The notes under the pieces were generated by a model, which was not told the origin of the DNA, ran no database searches, and was given only the letters and a program-made list of their open reading frames with translations. A stretch of 64,000 nucleotides of DNA, taken from the IMG/VR virus record IMGVR_UViG_3300014205_000174; one strand, written 5' to 3'. The position numbers and the translations under genes were made by a program. Shown here piece by piece: positions 23,573-34,228 of the stretch (its first letter is position 1; each line of letters starts with the position of its first letter). The stretch is from a virus (lineage: Duplodnaviria > Caudoviricetes).

Positions 23573-24229
23573 TCACGGAATGTAAGACTTAGCAATATCT
23601 TGCACTTTGGTGCGGACTGAAGACATAACGGCATTTTTCCAACCCTTGCTCTCATATCTTATTTCATTTCCAGTCGCATCATCTTGAATAACTAGCTCGC
23701 AATGGCTTACGTTAGAATACGTTGGCCTGTGGCGAACTTTGACACGAAAATAGACAGTCCTAGCCGGTTTCGAAGCAACTACTATAGAATCGGTATAATC
23801 ATCTATTAGTCCTATAGGGATAAAAAAATGTTGCTTTTCGTAATCCCGTTTATAGTCACCCCTTTTAGGACGCAGACCTCGTTTTTTGCCGTACCAATTG
23901 CGTATGAATTCTGGTTTTCTTTTTGAAATGAACTCCACTTGCGTATCGTGCGGCTTGCTATATGGCACTTTGTTCGTGGAATAGCCTGGAAGTTCTTTCA
24001 ACCCTATCGCTAGCGGACTAATCAAACCATCGAATTGAGTAAGTGGAATATTGGCCTTAACCGCCCTACATAGATATTCAGTGGCCTTTAGCCTGCTAAG
24101 TAGTCGGGAATAGGATTTCGGAACTAAGTATAGAGGATATCTCTTCTTGCAACGATTTCTGAAACGGGTAATACGAAGAATAGGCTGGACGGCGAGCTTG
24201 ATTCTTATGAATGATGGTATATATTTCAT
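23573..24229 (-). CDS. hypothetical protein, possibly RES/ART-like; start uncertain
   Basis: LCRAV...YSTN..PYSKP.D...NVSHCEL pattern. Confidence 0.3.
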   Translation of the reverse strand: MKYIPSFIRIKLAVQPILRITRFRNRCKKRYPLYLVPKSYSRLLSRLKATEYLCRAVKANIPLTQFDGLISPLAIGLKELPGYSTNKVPYSKPHDTQVEFISKRKPEFIRNWYGKKRGLRPKRGDYKRDYEKQHFFIPIGLIDDYTDSIVVASKPARTVYFRVKVRHRPTYSNVSHCELVIQDDATGNEIRYESKGWKNAVMSSVRTKVQDIAKSYIP

Positions 24230-24760
24230 TTACACTTCCAAAGTAGGACTGTAATTTAGTGTCATTTTCGTAAATATGCAGCACTGCCTCAACATCATTT
24301 TCATCATTTTTATCGAAAGTATAAAAAAGTTCCAATTTATACTGATTCCCATTATCAAACTGAAGTGTTAAATACAGACTAGAAGAGTCGGTTAATGATG
24401 CCATAAAGTTCTTGAATTTGTACATTCTGAACTCATCGACCGTCCTACTTATGTAATGACGAATGTGCTTGATATGCTGTTGGTCTTCGTCAGCAATCAT
24501 GTTGAACTGCTTATTGATAGTGGAATATGCAATTCCTTTAAGAAGATTGTTTTGCTTAACTCCTTGTTATTAGATAACGTAATTGTTATCGTTTGCTCTC
24601 CCGATTCTATTTTTTTCACGGCCTCTTTATATTTTTCAGCATCATCTTTATTAGACAAAATTTGTCTTACTTCCTCACTCATAACATCAAGGTCGTTACT
24701 AAAAAATGAATTAATAACACTCCTCAATGCACCCGATATCTGTGTCAGAACAACTTTCAT
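24096..24760 (-). other. two hypothetical genes (24497-24760, 24096-24500) co-oriented with 23573
   Basis: ATGA overlap at 24497-24500. Confidence 0.5.
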
Positions 24761-25042
24761 AATAAGTATGGTAAATAAACTATGCCATCAAGCGGCTGGT
24801 CAAATATAATATCTTTCTACCCACATTTCCAATAGCTCAAACGTTGTAACTGGCCAAAAATTGCAAAATGAGTTGAAATTTAACCGTTTTTTTACCTCAA
24901 GATGCTTAATGGTCGCACTAATTATTTACCATGGTGGTATCTGGAAAGCTCCATGACAGTACCCGAGCGGTACTGTCATGGAACTTGTGTTTTGCAGTTT
25001 TACTATATACCATTACGTTTGCATTGTACCCAAACTTTTGCA

Positions 25043-25783
25043 ATGAGATACTATATGTTTATTGATGAAAGCGGAGAGGCGAACATTACAAATCCAGACC
25101 CGCGATTTAATATATTTGTTCTGTGCGGGGTTATTTTTCGAGAAGACTGTTACCATACATTCAATCAACGATTCAAGGATATTAAGAACAATATATTTGG
25201 CAAAGAGGATATAGTATTTCATTCAGTTGAAATGAGGCCAAAGAAAGGAGTATTCAAAATTTTCTTGGATAAAGGGATTCTGGATAATTTTTATTTAGAG
25301 ATTGACGATATACTTAAAAATTGCGATTACCATATTATTTCCTGCGTTGTAAATAAAGAAAAGTACAAAATGGTCTATCCGGAAAAAAACCACGCTTATG
25401 AAGACGCCCTAACGTTTATATGCGAACGTGGGATTCATCTGATGGGAAGCAAAAACCGGCAAAACGTTTTGCATTTTTGCTTAGAAAAACGAGGAAAAAG
25501 CAAGGATGCGCAAATAAAGAAATACTACACTCGGTTTCTAAAATATGGGACTCAATATGTCAGCACCTACGACTTCCAATTGTGTCACCCTCATTTGCAC
25601 TTTCGAGGCAAAGACGAGAACATAAACGGGTTGCAACTTGCCGACTTAGTTGCATACCCTATTGCCCGAAAAATTCTTTCCCCCGAAAAGCCACAGCTAA
25701 CATTTAATATTTTTGAAGAGAAGTTATATTGCGGGAGCAATACCCGCTCCTATATTGGATGGGGTATAAAGCACTTCCCCTAA
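25043..25783 (+). CDS. DUF3800 domain protein
   Basis: YMFIDESG, FHSVE, GLQLADLVAYPI; ATG 25043 follows the TACGTTTG promoter element at 25014. Confidence 0.85.
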   Translation: MRYYMFIDESGEANITNPDPRFNIFVLCGVIFREDCYHTFNQRFKDIKNNIFGKEDIVFHSVEMRPKKGVFKIFLDKGILDNFYLEIDDILKNCDYHIISCVVNKEKYKMVYPEKNHAYEDALTFICERGIHLMGSKNRQNVLHFCLEKRGKSKDAQIKKYYTRFLKYGTQYVSTYDFQLCHPHLHFRGKDENINGLQLADLVAYPIARKILSPEKPQLTFNIFEEKLYCGSNTRSYIGWGIKHFP

Positions 25784-25842
25784 ACGGTGAAACCTCAAAT
25801 TAATGAGGCTTCCCTACGGCAAGGCATCCGCCTGACACGTAT
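25784..25842 (-). ncRNA. putative DUF3800-associated small RNA, convergent with the gene
   Basis: Minus-strand TATCTTTG promoter (25847-25854), GC-rich foldable 5' part, terminal hairpin GAAGCCTCA/TGAGGTTTC. Confidence 0.5.
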
Positions 25843-25885
25843 TCAGCAAAGATAGACGCATTTTCTTAAAATTCGATTTGTTTAA

Positions 25886-25913
25886 CAAAATACCGTTATT
25901 TAACGGTATTTTG
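25886..25913. promoter_or_regulatory. perfect palindrome (operator-like) between divergent promoters
   Basis: CAAAATACCGTTA-TT-TAACGGTATTTTG; TAGCTTTG promoter element at 25930. Confidence 0.6.
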
Positions 25914-25955
25914 CTAAACTTCTATTGTATAGCTTTGCCTGTAAACTAAACACTT

Positions 25956-27122
25956 ATGAAGAAGTATTTTCCAATATTGGTATCAAAACTCGGTGAAATA
26001 AAAGCCTTAGAATGTTTGACGCAAGCAGCGAAGGAAGAAATATCTCCCGTTATCGAGTTAACCCCAGATATGTTTTTGGATGGATGGACTGAGAAGAAGA
26101 AAAACGCTGAAGCTGCTGCCGATGAAAAAAGAATGAAGAATAACCTAGACCCTATTGACAGAACTGCACGTAAACAGAAAGGTTATGAAAACATATTACT
26201 TACAAGCCTGAAAAAACATTGGATATTTCCTGATAACCAGATTCTGTTAGATTTTACCCATTGCGGCCTCACACTGCCTCGATATATATCTGAATTTCTA
26301 GCAGTCCTTAACTCAAGTAACATTAATGTAGTTCCGGTTGTATCTGCGACAAATTCACAAGATATCATCGATTTAATTTTAAAATTCGTGACTGAAAATG
26401 ACAGGCCTATCTGCCTACGTTTTGATTCGAATAATTTCGATAAAATATCTGAGCAAACCATTTTTGATAATCTCGTCACATCATATAATGTCAATAGAAA
26501 CCGTGTTATGATTTTGTTGGATGGCGGATATATTGAGGGGCACACTTACGAAATGTTTAAAAAATACACCTTAGAAGCCCTAAGCAGTCTGCCGAATACT
26601 AACGACTGGCGGGAGATTATTGTTAGTTTTGGTTCATTCCCTAAAGACCTATCAGATAGTAGCCTAGTCGCAAGAAAGGAACCACATCTACTTAAAAGAC
26701 ACGAGTGGGTAATATGGCAGGACATTAAGAAAGCAAATGCATGCGGCGGAAGGGTTAGATACAGCGACTACGGAATTAAGCATCCCGCATATGAAGAAAT
26801 AGGGTTTCCAGGCACTGCAAGCATAAAGTACAGTAGCGAAAATAATTTTGTCATTTATAAAGGCAAAAAATCGGGTGAAACTAAGTTAGGTAATGCTCAA
26901 TATATTATGCATGCGAAGGAACTAGTAACATCCGAATATTATACTAATGAGCACTTTTGCTGGGGGGACGAAAATATTATGGAATACTCAAAGAAAAGCC
27001 CAGAACCAACGCCAGCTAAAAAACCGGAAGGAAAACCCAAAAGGCCGGAATCTGGAGCCGCCAAAGAATGGATAGCATTTGGTCAAAATCACCATTTAAC
27101 TTTAATGAACAGCTTACTTTAA
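25956..27122 (+). CDS. Beta family protein (P4 Beta-like)
   Basis: YFPILVSKLGEIKAL, PVIEL, GSFP, YSDYG..HP, IKYS, WGD..I, W...GQNHHL. Confidence 0.8.
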   Translation: MKKYFPILVSKLGEIKALECLTQAAKEEISPVIELTPDMFLDGWTEKKKNAEAAADEKRMKNNLDPIDRTARKQKGYENILLTSLKKHWIFPDNQILLDFTHCGLTLPRYISEFLAVLNSSNINVVPVVSATNSQDIIDLILKFVTENDRPICLRFDSNNFDKISEQTIFDNLVTSYNVNRNRVMILLDGGYIEGHTYEMFKKYTLEALSSLPNTNDWREIIVSFGSFPKDLSDSSLVARKEPHLLKRHEWVIWQDIKKANACGGRVRYSDYGIKHPAYEEIGFPGTASIKYSSENNFVIYKGKKSGETKLGNAQYIMHAKELVTSEYYTNEHFCWGDENIMEYSKKSPEPTPAKKPEGKPKRPESGAAKEWIAFGQNHHLTLMNSLL

Positions 27123-27134
27123 GGCAGATTAAGG

Positions 27135-27677
27135 CTATCTTCTTTTCAAAATTTCACGTACAGATGCGGAGAGTGCGTCAATGTCTAAACTTTCGGATAA
27201 TAGCTCACACATATTCCAAACTCTATCGGATTTATAGAACGGAATACCGTGCTTATGAAGCACGGATATAAGCTCTTCTTTGCATAAAAGTTTGGCTATA
27301 AAAAATCCGTTTTTCGAAGGGTTTATGCCTCCTTCCTTTTCAACTTTATATTCCACCTCATCAGGACAATCGGAGCAAATTGCAACAGATACCCAGTCTG
27401 GAGTTATTGTTTTTATTTTTTCAATGTATCTCTTTTCCGTAACTACGGTCAAATAGTCAAAAACATTTGAGTATGCCAATAGCTGGTTTGGTAGGCGATT
27501 TAGAGTGTCAACTGCACTCTTAATCTCATATCCATGAAATGCACCATTAATAACAGCCATATCAATCCTAGCCCCCGCAACGGGCAATTTCATTTCCTCT
27601 ACAATCTTATCAATGTTATTAGTGTACTGCTGCAATTCTGTGCGTTTCAGAATCTCCCTAATGGCTGGGTCTTTCAT
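27135..27677 (-). CDS. sce7726-family PD-(D/E)xK protein
   Basis: ARIDMAVING..HGYEIKS..DTL.RL..Q...YS.VFD. Confidence 0.8.
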   Translation of the reverse strand: MKDPAIREILKRTELQQYTNNIDKIVEEMKLPVAGARIDMAVINGAFHGYEIKSAVDTLNRLPNQLLAYSNVFDYLTVVTEKRYIEKIKTITPDWVSVAICSDCPDEVEYKVEKEGGINPSKNGFFIAKLLCKEELISVLHKHGIPFYKSDRVWNMCELLSESLDIDALSASVREILKRR

Positions 27678-27835
27678 GTTTTTTTCTTTTGGGCATGCGA
27701 AAAATAATATTTAGCTTTGGCTACTAAAGTCAATTAAATATTAACCCATAAGAAAAATATAATTATTTTCTATTAAATTCACAGTAGTGGATGGCAGTCC
27801 GGCTACCGTGACAAAGATAAAAACATTTAGGGAAT

Positions 27836-27863
27836 AAAAAAGCCACCGAAAGGTGGCTTTTTT
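27836..27863. terminator. bidirectional intrinsic terminator
   Basis: A6-GCCACC-GAAA-GGTGGC-T6. Confidence 0.8.
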
Positions 27864-28152
27864 AGTGTATTATTTTATAGTCAAATACGCGGCAGGCGGT
27901 GAAAATAAAATCATTCTGACATATTGGGTGCAAAAATTGCGAGATACCAACCTGACAATACCACTGGCATGTAGTTTGAATATCGTTACTTGCGATTTGG
28001 CAAAGCCGTTATCAACATATTCCGAAAGTAATTACATTTGCTGTCGTTGTTTGCTTCAAAACGAACAAAATTATTTACTAAAACAAAGCACATGATTAGA
28101 TAAAAAGAGAATAATTCGACTACATACAAATTTTGTATTGTAACATTTAGTT

Positions 28153-28290
28153 GCTACTCTAAATCTCGAAAATTTAAAATTTCTCGCAACAAATGACTAC
28201 GGTACGCCCGTGTGGCGTAGCTGTGTCTTTTGCGAGAAAGGGCTTTCGAGAGCCTTGAGTAGCGGGAGATTTCAGTTACGCTATTTTTTT
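28153..28290 (+). promoter_or_regulatory. structured leader / attenuator-like RNA
   Basis: TTTCTCGCAA/TTGCGAGAAA stem enclosing TACGCC/GGCGTA, a second hairpin, then TAGCG/CGCTA + T-tract; alternative GCTACTC/GAGTAGC pairing. Confidence 0.5.
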
Positions 28291-28313
28291 GCTCACAATA
28301 AAACAAACCAACA

Positions 28314-28616
28314 ATGAAAAACACAATTAGAATTACAGCAGTAGTACTTTTTACATTCGCCACTAACGCAAGTCCTTGCATAGCCCAGACCGGTAAGAAG
28401 ACAATGGAATCATCTTTACATGCAAGTGGTGGCGACGCAGCAGCAGCCAACAAGAGCAGAGGTGCATTGGGCGCGGGGAATAACAAGTCAACCCCAGACA
28501 AAGCGCGGGGCGCAGGAGCATCCAAAACAAGAGGTGGAGGTAATGTACATAATGCTCAAAATGCCACAGAGCGAAAAAAGGCGAGAGATATTGTAAAAGA
28601 AAGAGGAGAAAAATAG
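28314..28616 (+). CDS. small secreted basic low-complexity protein
   Basis: Signal-peptide-like N-terminus; G/A/K-rich repeats (KSRGALGA, KARGAGAS). Confidence 0.5.
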   Translation: MKNTIRITAVVLFTFATNASPCIAQTGKKTMESSLHASGGDAAAANKSRGALGAGNNKSTPDKARGAGASKTRGGGNVHNAQNATERKKARDIVKERGEK

Positions 28617-28806
28617 CCCTAATTAGTTCGTTTTTTATTTACGTGTTTGGCTCAGGGGACTTTTGTTCGATAATTTCGCCTGTGGCTATATTCCTATGCA
28701 TTTTGCCAGGCGCATATTCTCTAAACAAGCAAGTGGACTTCTGGCATAATAGTTGTGCATTTCTTATTGCAATTGCTGTTTTTTAAAATCTACGTAACTT
28801 TACAAC

Positions 28807-28950
28807 ATGTCAACTGACAATAAAAAGAGAAAACCAAGGGTAAGTAAATACGACATGACGCTTAAGCTCGATTGCTCATTTGAGGAAGCAATTAAGAAAA
28901 CTCTTGTGGCTGCCGATAAGAAGATAAAGGAAAAGCAGGTCAAAAAGTAA
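28807..28950 (+). CDS. 47-aa basic protein near the right TIR
   Basis: MSTDNKKRKPRVSKYDMTLKLDCSFEEAIKKTLVAADKKIKEKQVKK. Confidence 0.5.
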   Translation: MSTDNKKRKPRVSKYDMTLKLDCSFEEAIKKTLVAADKKIKEKQVKK

Positions 28951-28988
28951 AAATCACCCACATTTTGCTAGCCATAAACTGCATGTTG

Positions 28989-29031
28989 TCACATTATGAA
29001 TTATTTTCAGCCAAACACGTCAATAGTTGCC
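28989..29031 (-). repeat. right terminal inverted repeat
   Basis: Reverse complement GGCAACTATTGACGTGTTTGGCTGAAAATAATTCATAATGTGA. Confidence 0.9.
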
Positions 29032-29795
29032 CCAAATTTGATGGTGTATTGGTACGAGGGCTCCGGCCTACCGAAATACGCCAGATAGCGGGCCGCACAG
29101 GGCGGTTTGGTGTTGCCGGTGCCGAAAATTGCTTTGTGTCCGCCAGCAGCAGCAAGATGCTCAAATATATTACCGACCAATATCACCAGCCGGACGAGGT
29201 GAAGAAAGCCTATGTGGGTCTTGATTTTGAAATGTTTTCCGGTTTTCCGGAAAGCATGTCGGTTCTGGAGCGCGTGCTGATGTTTGAAAAGGTGGATTTC
29301 ATTTTAGATAAACTGAAAGATATAGTGCGCAAGGAAAATGTTGGTAGGTATAAGGAAATTGCGGAAATGGTTAACCGGAAGCAGTTTTGCCTACACACCA
29401 AATGGACTTTGCTGACAGCGCCGGTGAAGGAAAATAATAAAAGCTACTTTTCCGCTACGGTAGATGCCTATGCGCGCAATGGCATTATAAGGCCCCCGGT
29501 AACAGAGATTCTTTCCGAAATCCGGGAATATGAGGATAAGATATCGGAAATAGAGCTGTATTTAAATCTTAGTAGAGTTCTAAATCACGACAATGACGAG
29601 CGGGAATGGATTATGCAGGAAAAGGTTGTGCTGATAAGCCAATTGAGTCAAATGCTCCTGGATAAGAAATTGTCAGTCAAGAAGAAATGCAAAACCTGTA
29701 CGACCATGTTGGCGCTCACTTATCCATATCCTTACTGCGAACCCTGTTATATGAATAGCGTAAGGAATCATTTTGACGATGACGGGTGGTTTTAA
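29032..29795 (+). pseudogene. 5'-truncated SUV3-like SF2 helicase
   Basis: KFDG...R.L...EIRQIAGRTGRFG (motif VI) begins immediately after the TIR; Walker motifs absent. Confidence 0.75.
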
Positions 29796-29808
29796 AGGGA
29801 CTATAAAT

Positions 29809-29825
29809 TTGGCACGCTTATTGCA
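29809..29825 (+). promoter_or_regulatory. sigma54-type promoter
   Basis: TTGGCACGCTTATTGCA before ATG 29855. Confidence 0.7.
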
Positions 29826-29854
29826 GAATATAGGTTAAATATAAGATTTTAACA

Positions 29855-31796
29855 ATGAACGAAGCGGAGATTATAAAAAGTTTGCTCAGGCCCAGGTACC
29901 GATGTATCGGCAATATACCATGGGTGAATTCCATTAAGAAGGGAGATGTCCTTCAGTTCCAGGATGCCGTTGAATCTGCTTCCGGCTCGTTATTGGGTCA
30001 GTATTATATTCTTCAAGAAAAAGAAACATGGATTGACACTATGTTTTTAGATGAATATCCTCATTTGTTCGAGCGTTTATTTTGGTACGAAGACCGGCCT
30101 GTCGATACACCTATGCCAAAATATATGCGTATAGCGGATAATTATCCAAAAAAGAGTAGTGTTGTTTACAGGGTTGATGAGTGGGAGAAAGAACCATACG
30201 GCAATGCGCTATACCCCATAGAGCATGACGATAACGACAAGACGAAGCAATTCCTTAGCATAAAATGGTGGTTTGGCAAGAAGAGAAGCCAACCAGCTTC
30301 CGAGGAAGAATATATACAATACCAGCAGTCGCTTTTAGTACCTGAGCCCAAAATGGAACCGGTAAAAGACGAAGGCCATGTATACGGCAGCTATAAATTT
30401 GGTTCTAAGAAATAGTTTTAATTTTTCAATTCTTAATTTTAAACACGCAAAAATGGCAATAGTACAAGAGCAATTCCGCTGGCCAGCACTGGCTCACAGC
30501 CCAATTTTAACAGGCGATGTTTGTGAAAAAGTAAAAGGAGAGCACCAGGAGCCGTGGGAGATAATATCTATTCAGGTTGATACGATGAAATCCTATACGC
30601 CTGATAATGTAATTAAATTAGGCGAAATATTAATTGAGCTAGGTAACCGCGTTAAAAAGCAATACACATCTACCGGTAAATTTAAAGGCAAAAAACAAAA
30701 GTGATAGACGCCTGGTACATAGAAAATAAAAAGGCCATACTGCACTTTATGCCACAAGTGCAATATGGGACTAGTCATGCATCAGACGAAACGCTGATTC
30801 GGGAAGTATTGAATTCCGCCAGTGTTGCCCGTTTTTTCATTGAATATCATGGGGAACTGCCTAAGCGCACTATTGATATGCATAAAGAATATTTTGCACC
30901 GCTTTTGCAAATCAACGAACACGATAATGTAGAGGCTGCTATTGACATAGAAGAAGTGCCAAAAGGTTCTAAAGGAGTGGTGGTGTATGTGTACAGTAAT
31001 AAAACCACTTTAGAAGTAGAGTTTATCGTTAACGAGAACAGTATTGTTGAGACAGTAGAATATAACCAGATTTTTAAAAGCATCAATTAACACACTATGG
31101 CGAACCTGACTAGTTACATTGTAAAGGCCAAATACCCCAAAATGCCATATCAGGTAGGGGAATTACTAACTGAAATCACCTGCTACCATCCAGATGGGCA
31201 GCCTTACACTATGTTTCGTTGCGAAGCATTAGGGAAAACTACCGGCTCGCAATTTGATTTAACCGAACAGGAGATTACTGATTGCCCTGCTGTTTTTGAA
31301 AAAGTTGAATAATGGTCGTTTGCTTTAAAGCAAACAATGAACTACTGGTGTAATTTAATGCCAGGGTATTTACAACGATAAAACAAACTGAATGAAATTC
31401 ATAGAATGCAAGACTTTTGCGGACGTATGTGCCGCCATGGGAAGAAGCGAGGCGGAGTTCCAAATAGTTCCATCTGCTTCTGCCGTTTTTAATGAATCAA
31501 TATGCCGGGAGCGGTTATTTCTTCTGTCGACGTGCGCAAATGGAGACCGGCAGGTTGACCTTACTGATACTACACAGGAGAAGTGGACGCCAATACATGA
31601 AATAATTAAAGACGACGGTGCTCTTTTTGGGTTTCGCTTGACGTATCACGACTACGACTACGTCATCTCGTGTTCGGCCCTTGGTGCCCGCCCGCCATTT
31701 TTGGATACAGGGGATGCGCGTTACGCGGGAGTGCAGTTTATTGACGAATTTGCGCGATGGCTGTATTATTTGAACAAGGTGTACCAGGAGATGTAA
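29855..31796 (+). other. hypothetical gene run; 30701-31090 has a DUF4926-like C-terminus
   Basis: INEHDNV...VPKGSKGVVVYVY...EVEF in 30701-31090. Confidence 0.55.
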
Positions 31797-31805
31797 AAAT
31801 ATTTC

Positions 31806-32204
31806 ATGCAACAGATGACGGGAAGAGTAATATTCGTGGGCATGTACTATAAAACTGGCCTAAAGGCCCTGGACAGTAGCACTAAGAGCGGCAAGATGGT
31901 TGACCGCATAATGGACAAACTCCCCATGGGGGTAAAGGTCAAAAAGTGCAACCTGTACTGCCTCGACCGCATGCCGCTCGATTCCGAGAAAGAAGAGCTA
32001 AAGCGGTTCTGGCTCGATGACATAAAACCTACCTCTGAAGACATAGTGGTTTTGCTGGGAGCCATGGTGCATAATGACTGCCCTGATATAAAAGTCAGGG
32101 ACTTGATTAAGATTGCCCATCCTGCCAGTAAACGGTCACACAAGGAGATGGACGAATATGTCGACAAGGCTATTTCTCTTATATGCAGAACTATTAAAGC
32201 GTAA
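31806..32204 (+). CDS. uracil-DNA glycosylase-fold protein
   Basis: VIFVG, IVVLLG and HPAS motifs. Confidence 0.45.
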   Translation: MQQMTGRVIFVGMYYKTGLKALDSSTKSGKMVDRIMDKLPMGVKVKKCNLYCLDRMPLDSEKEELKRFWLDDIKPTSEDIVVLLGAMVHNDCPDIKVRDLIKIAHPASKRSHKEMDEYVDKAISLICRTIKA

Positions 32205-32213
32205 GTGCAATAT

Positions 32214-32230
32214 TTGGCACGTAATTTGCT
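32214..32230 (+). promoter_or_regulatory. sigma54-type promoter
   Basis: TTGGCACGTAATTTGCT before ATG 32255. Confidence 0.7.
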
Positions 32231-32254
32231 GTAATTTAACAAATCAGTCTTTAA

Positions 32255-34184
32255 ATGGGTGCTTCATCAAATAAAGGAAAGTCGGTTCATGAGGAGCGTG
32301 ACGACTGGGGCAATAAGTTGATTGCGGAAAAAAATGGCAATACGATAACAATGTCCCTGCTTTTGGCCGGAGCGAAGAAGCGTAAGCAGTTAGGCTATAT
32401 TGACGTAGCAAAAAGGCGTTTCCATGCATTTCGGGAGCGGGAGGAGCACTTATTTCGAAAAGCAAACGGTTACGGGTTCAACTATGATTTTTTGGCAAAA
32501 GCCAGAGCGTTTGACGACATCTGCCTTTCTGATGAAACCCAGTCGTGGAAGATACCGGTAGCTTTTGTGCTTGAGAATAAGAAATTTCTGCACTTTAAAC
32601 AAGTGGGATTTGAACGCCAGGTATTTGTGTCGCTTGAGCAAATAAAGCCTTTTGAAATGAGAAGAGGTGGGCCGTCGTTTTAAAAATTAAGGTAGATATG
32701 AATGTGAATGATGGCCAAAGCCGCAAGACGCCGCAGGACGTGGAAAAATTTGAGGGGAGTCTGATTGCGGAATGTAATTATGCTACCCAGCGGCTAAAGG
32801 AATACGAACAGTTTATCAAGTGGTTGAATGATAAACCCGAGTATAGGCATGTTTACCAGCAGTATTTACAGCAAAAATACCCATAAGAAAGTAAATTTTA
32901 CAGTTACCTTTGAAGCAAACAATAAGTCGCATGGCACTAGAGAAATTCGAGCAGATTATACCGATGGGTAAGCAGGAGTTTGCCTACCAGTGCGAAGATG
33001 TCAGCTCCATATGTGTCATTTCCGGCAGAATGCCAAGGAATAATGGGGCGCTGCCATATCCATCAAAGGAGAAGGAAGATTTCGATGAATACGAGCTGCG
33101 GATATCCAAATTTACCAGTAATGCCCTGATGGTGGAACTAATCAAGTTCCCATCGCAGGCCAACAGAATGGCTAATCGTCGGGAAGGTAAGTTGGTGCGA
33201 AGTAAAATATATCAGGCCAATATGAGCTTTTCCGGTTTGGTCAACCAGATATTCAAAAACGTTGAGGTTGCTGAATACCAAGAAGAAATTCCTATACCCC
33301 AGTCAGTGGCTGACGAACTTAAACGGCAAACAAAATAATGGAAACAAATATAAACATAACCACCGGTACTGTTAAGCGTGTGCTGCCAACAATATATGGT
33401 AGTCTTACCACCAAAAAAATAATTATCCTTATTGAGGCTGCCAACAAAATAGATGGCCAGGTGTTTTCTGGTGTAATTACCGAGGATGGCACATTATACG
33501 GCAATGGCGAGATGGGAATTATAAAATGGTCTGAATTTCTGGATATGAAGGTGCAAATAGGCGATTTGAGCATTACCCCAAACAGTTAGATTATATGGTA
33601 AAGAAATCGGAGCTGCTGCAAATCAATATGAATATGTCCGTCTATGTAATAATGGATGATGAGGACTTTCGGCACTGGCATAAGCACGATAATGCAGGTC
33701 AACCCGCAACTTTAAAAATAAAGTACGACCCCAAGGTGTATGAAAATAGAATAAATAAAAAAACTGGACTTGTCTGCATGCAGCTATACGAGTTCATGAG
33801 GATATTTGGGAATTACACAAAAGAACCAACGGACTGGTTGCCATGCAGGGCCACAATGATGTTTGATGCAAAAGATTTCAATAATGTAAAAAAAAGTAAC
33901 TTTAAAAAATGAGCAAGGGAAAGGAAATAGTAAAAAAACTTAAGCGGAAGACGCCCATTGAAATCGAATACGAGGTGATACAAAAAGAAGATTATTACTC
34001 TTGCTATATACCCAGTATAGATTCTTACTTTTCGGTTTCCGGTAAATCCAAGACGCGGGCTCAGATTACCGCCGCCATTAAAAAGAAGGTAACTGGGCTT
34101 ACTATGCTGTGGATAAAATTCTGGAATGAAGAAAATAAAAAAGGGACGGCACTAAAGCCTACTGATACAAAAAAGAAAAAATAA
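32255..34184 (+). other. run of six hypothetical genes
   Basis: Abutting ORFs at 32255, 32698, 32910, 33338, 33595, 33909. Confidence 0.55.
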
Positions 34185-34228
34185 GGCAACGTCACAACTA
34201 TCGGTATAAATTTATAAGTTTGTAAACT

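Larger units (their letters stand above)
20517..29031. mobile_element. non-autonomous TIR-bounded cargo element (IS1595-family-like ends), 8515 bp
   Basis: 43-bp inverted repeats at both ends (42/43 identical); both flanking genes truncated at the TIRs; no transposase inside. Confidence 0.8.

Noticed and set aside
24902-25042. N-terminal extension of the DUF3800 ORF
   Set aside because: Covers a hairpin and promoter element; the family motif begins right after ATG 25043
28965-29031. Annotated start of the helicase ORF
   Set aside because: This is TIR and adjacent element sequence read in frame, not helicase sequence
20509-29039. Target-site duplication around the cargo element
   Set aside because: Flanking 8-mers AAAAATCT and CCAAATTT differ
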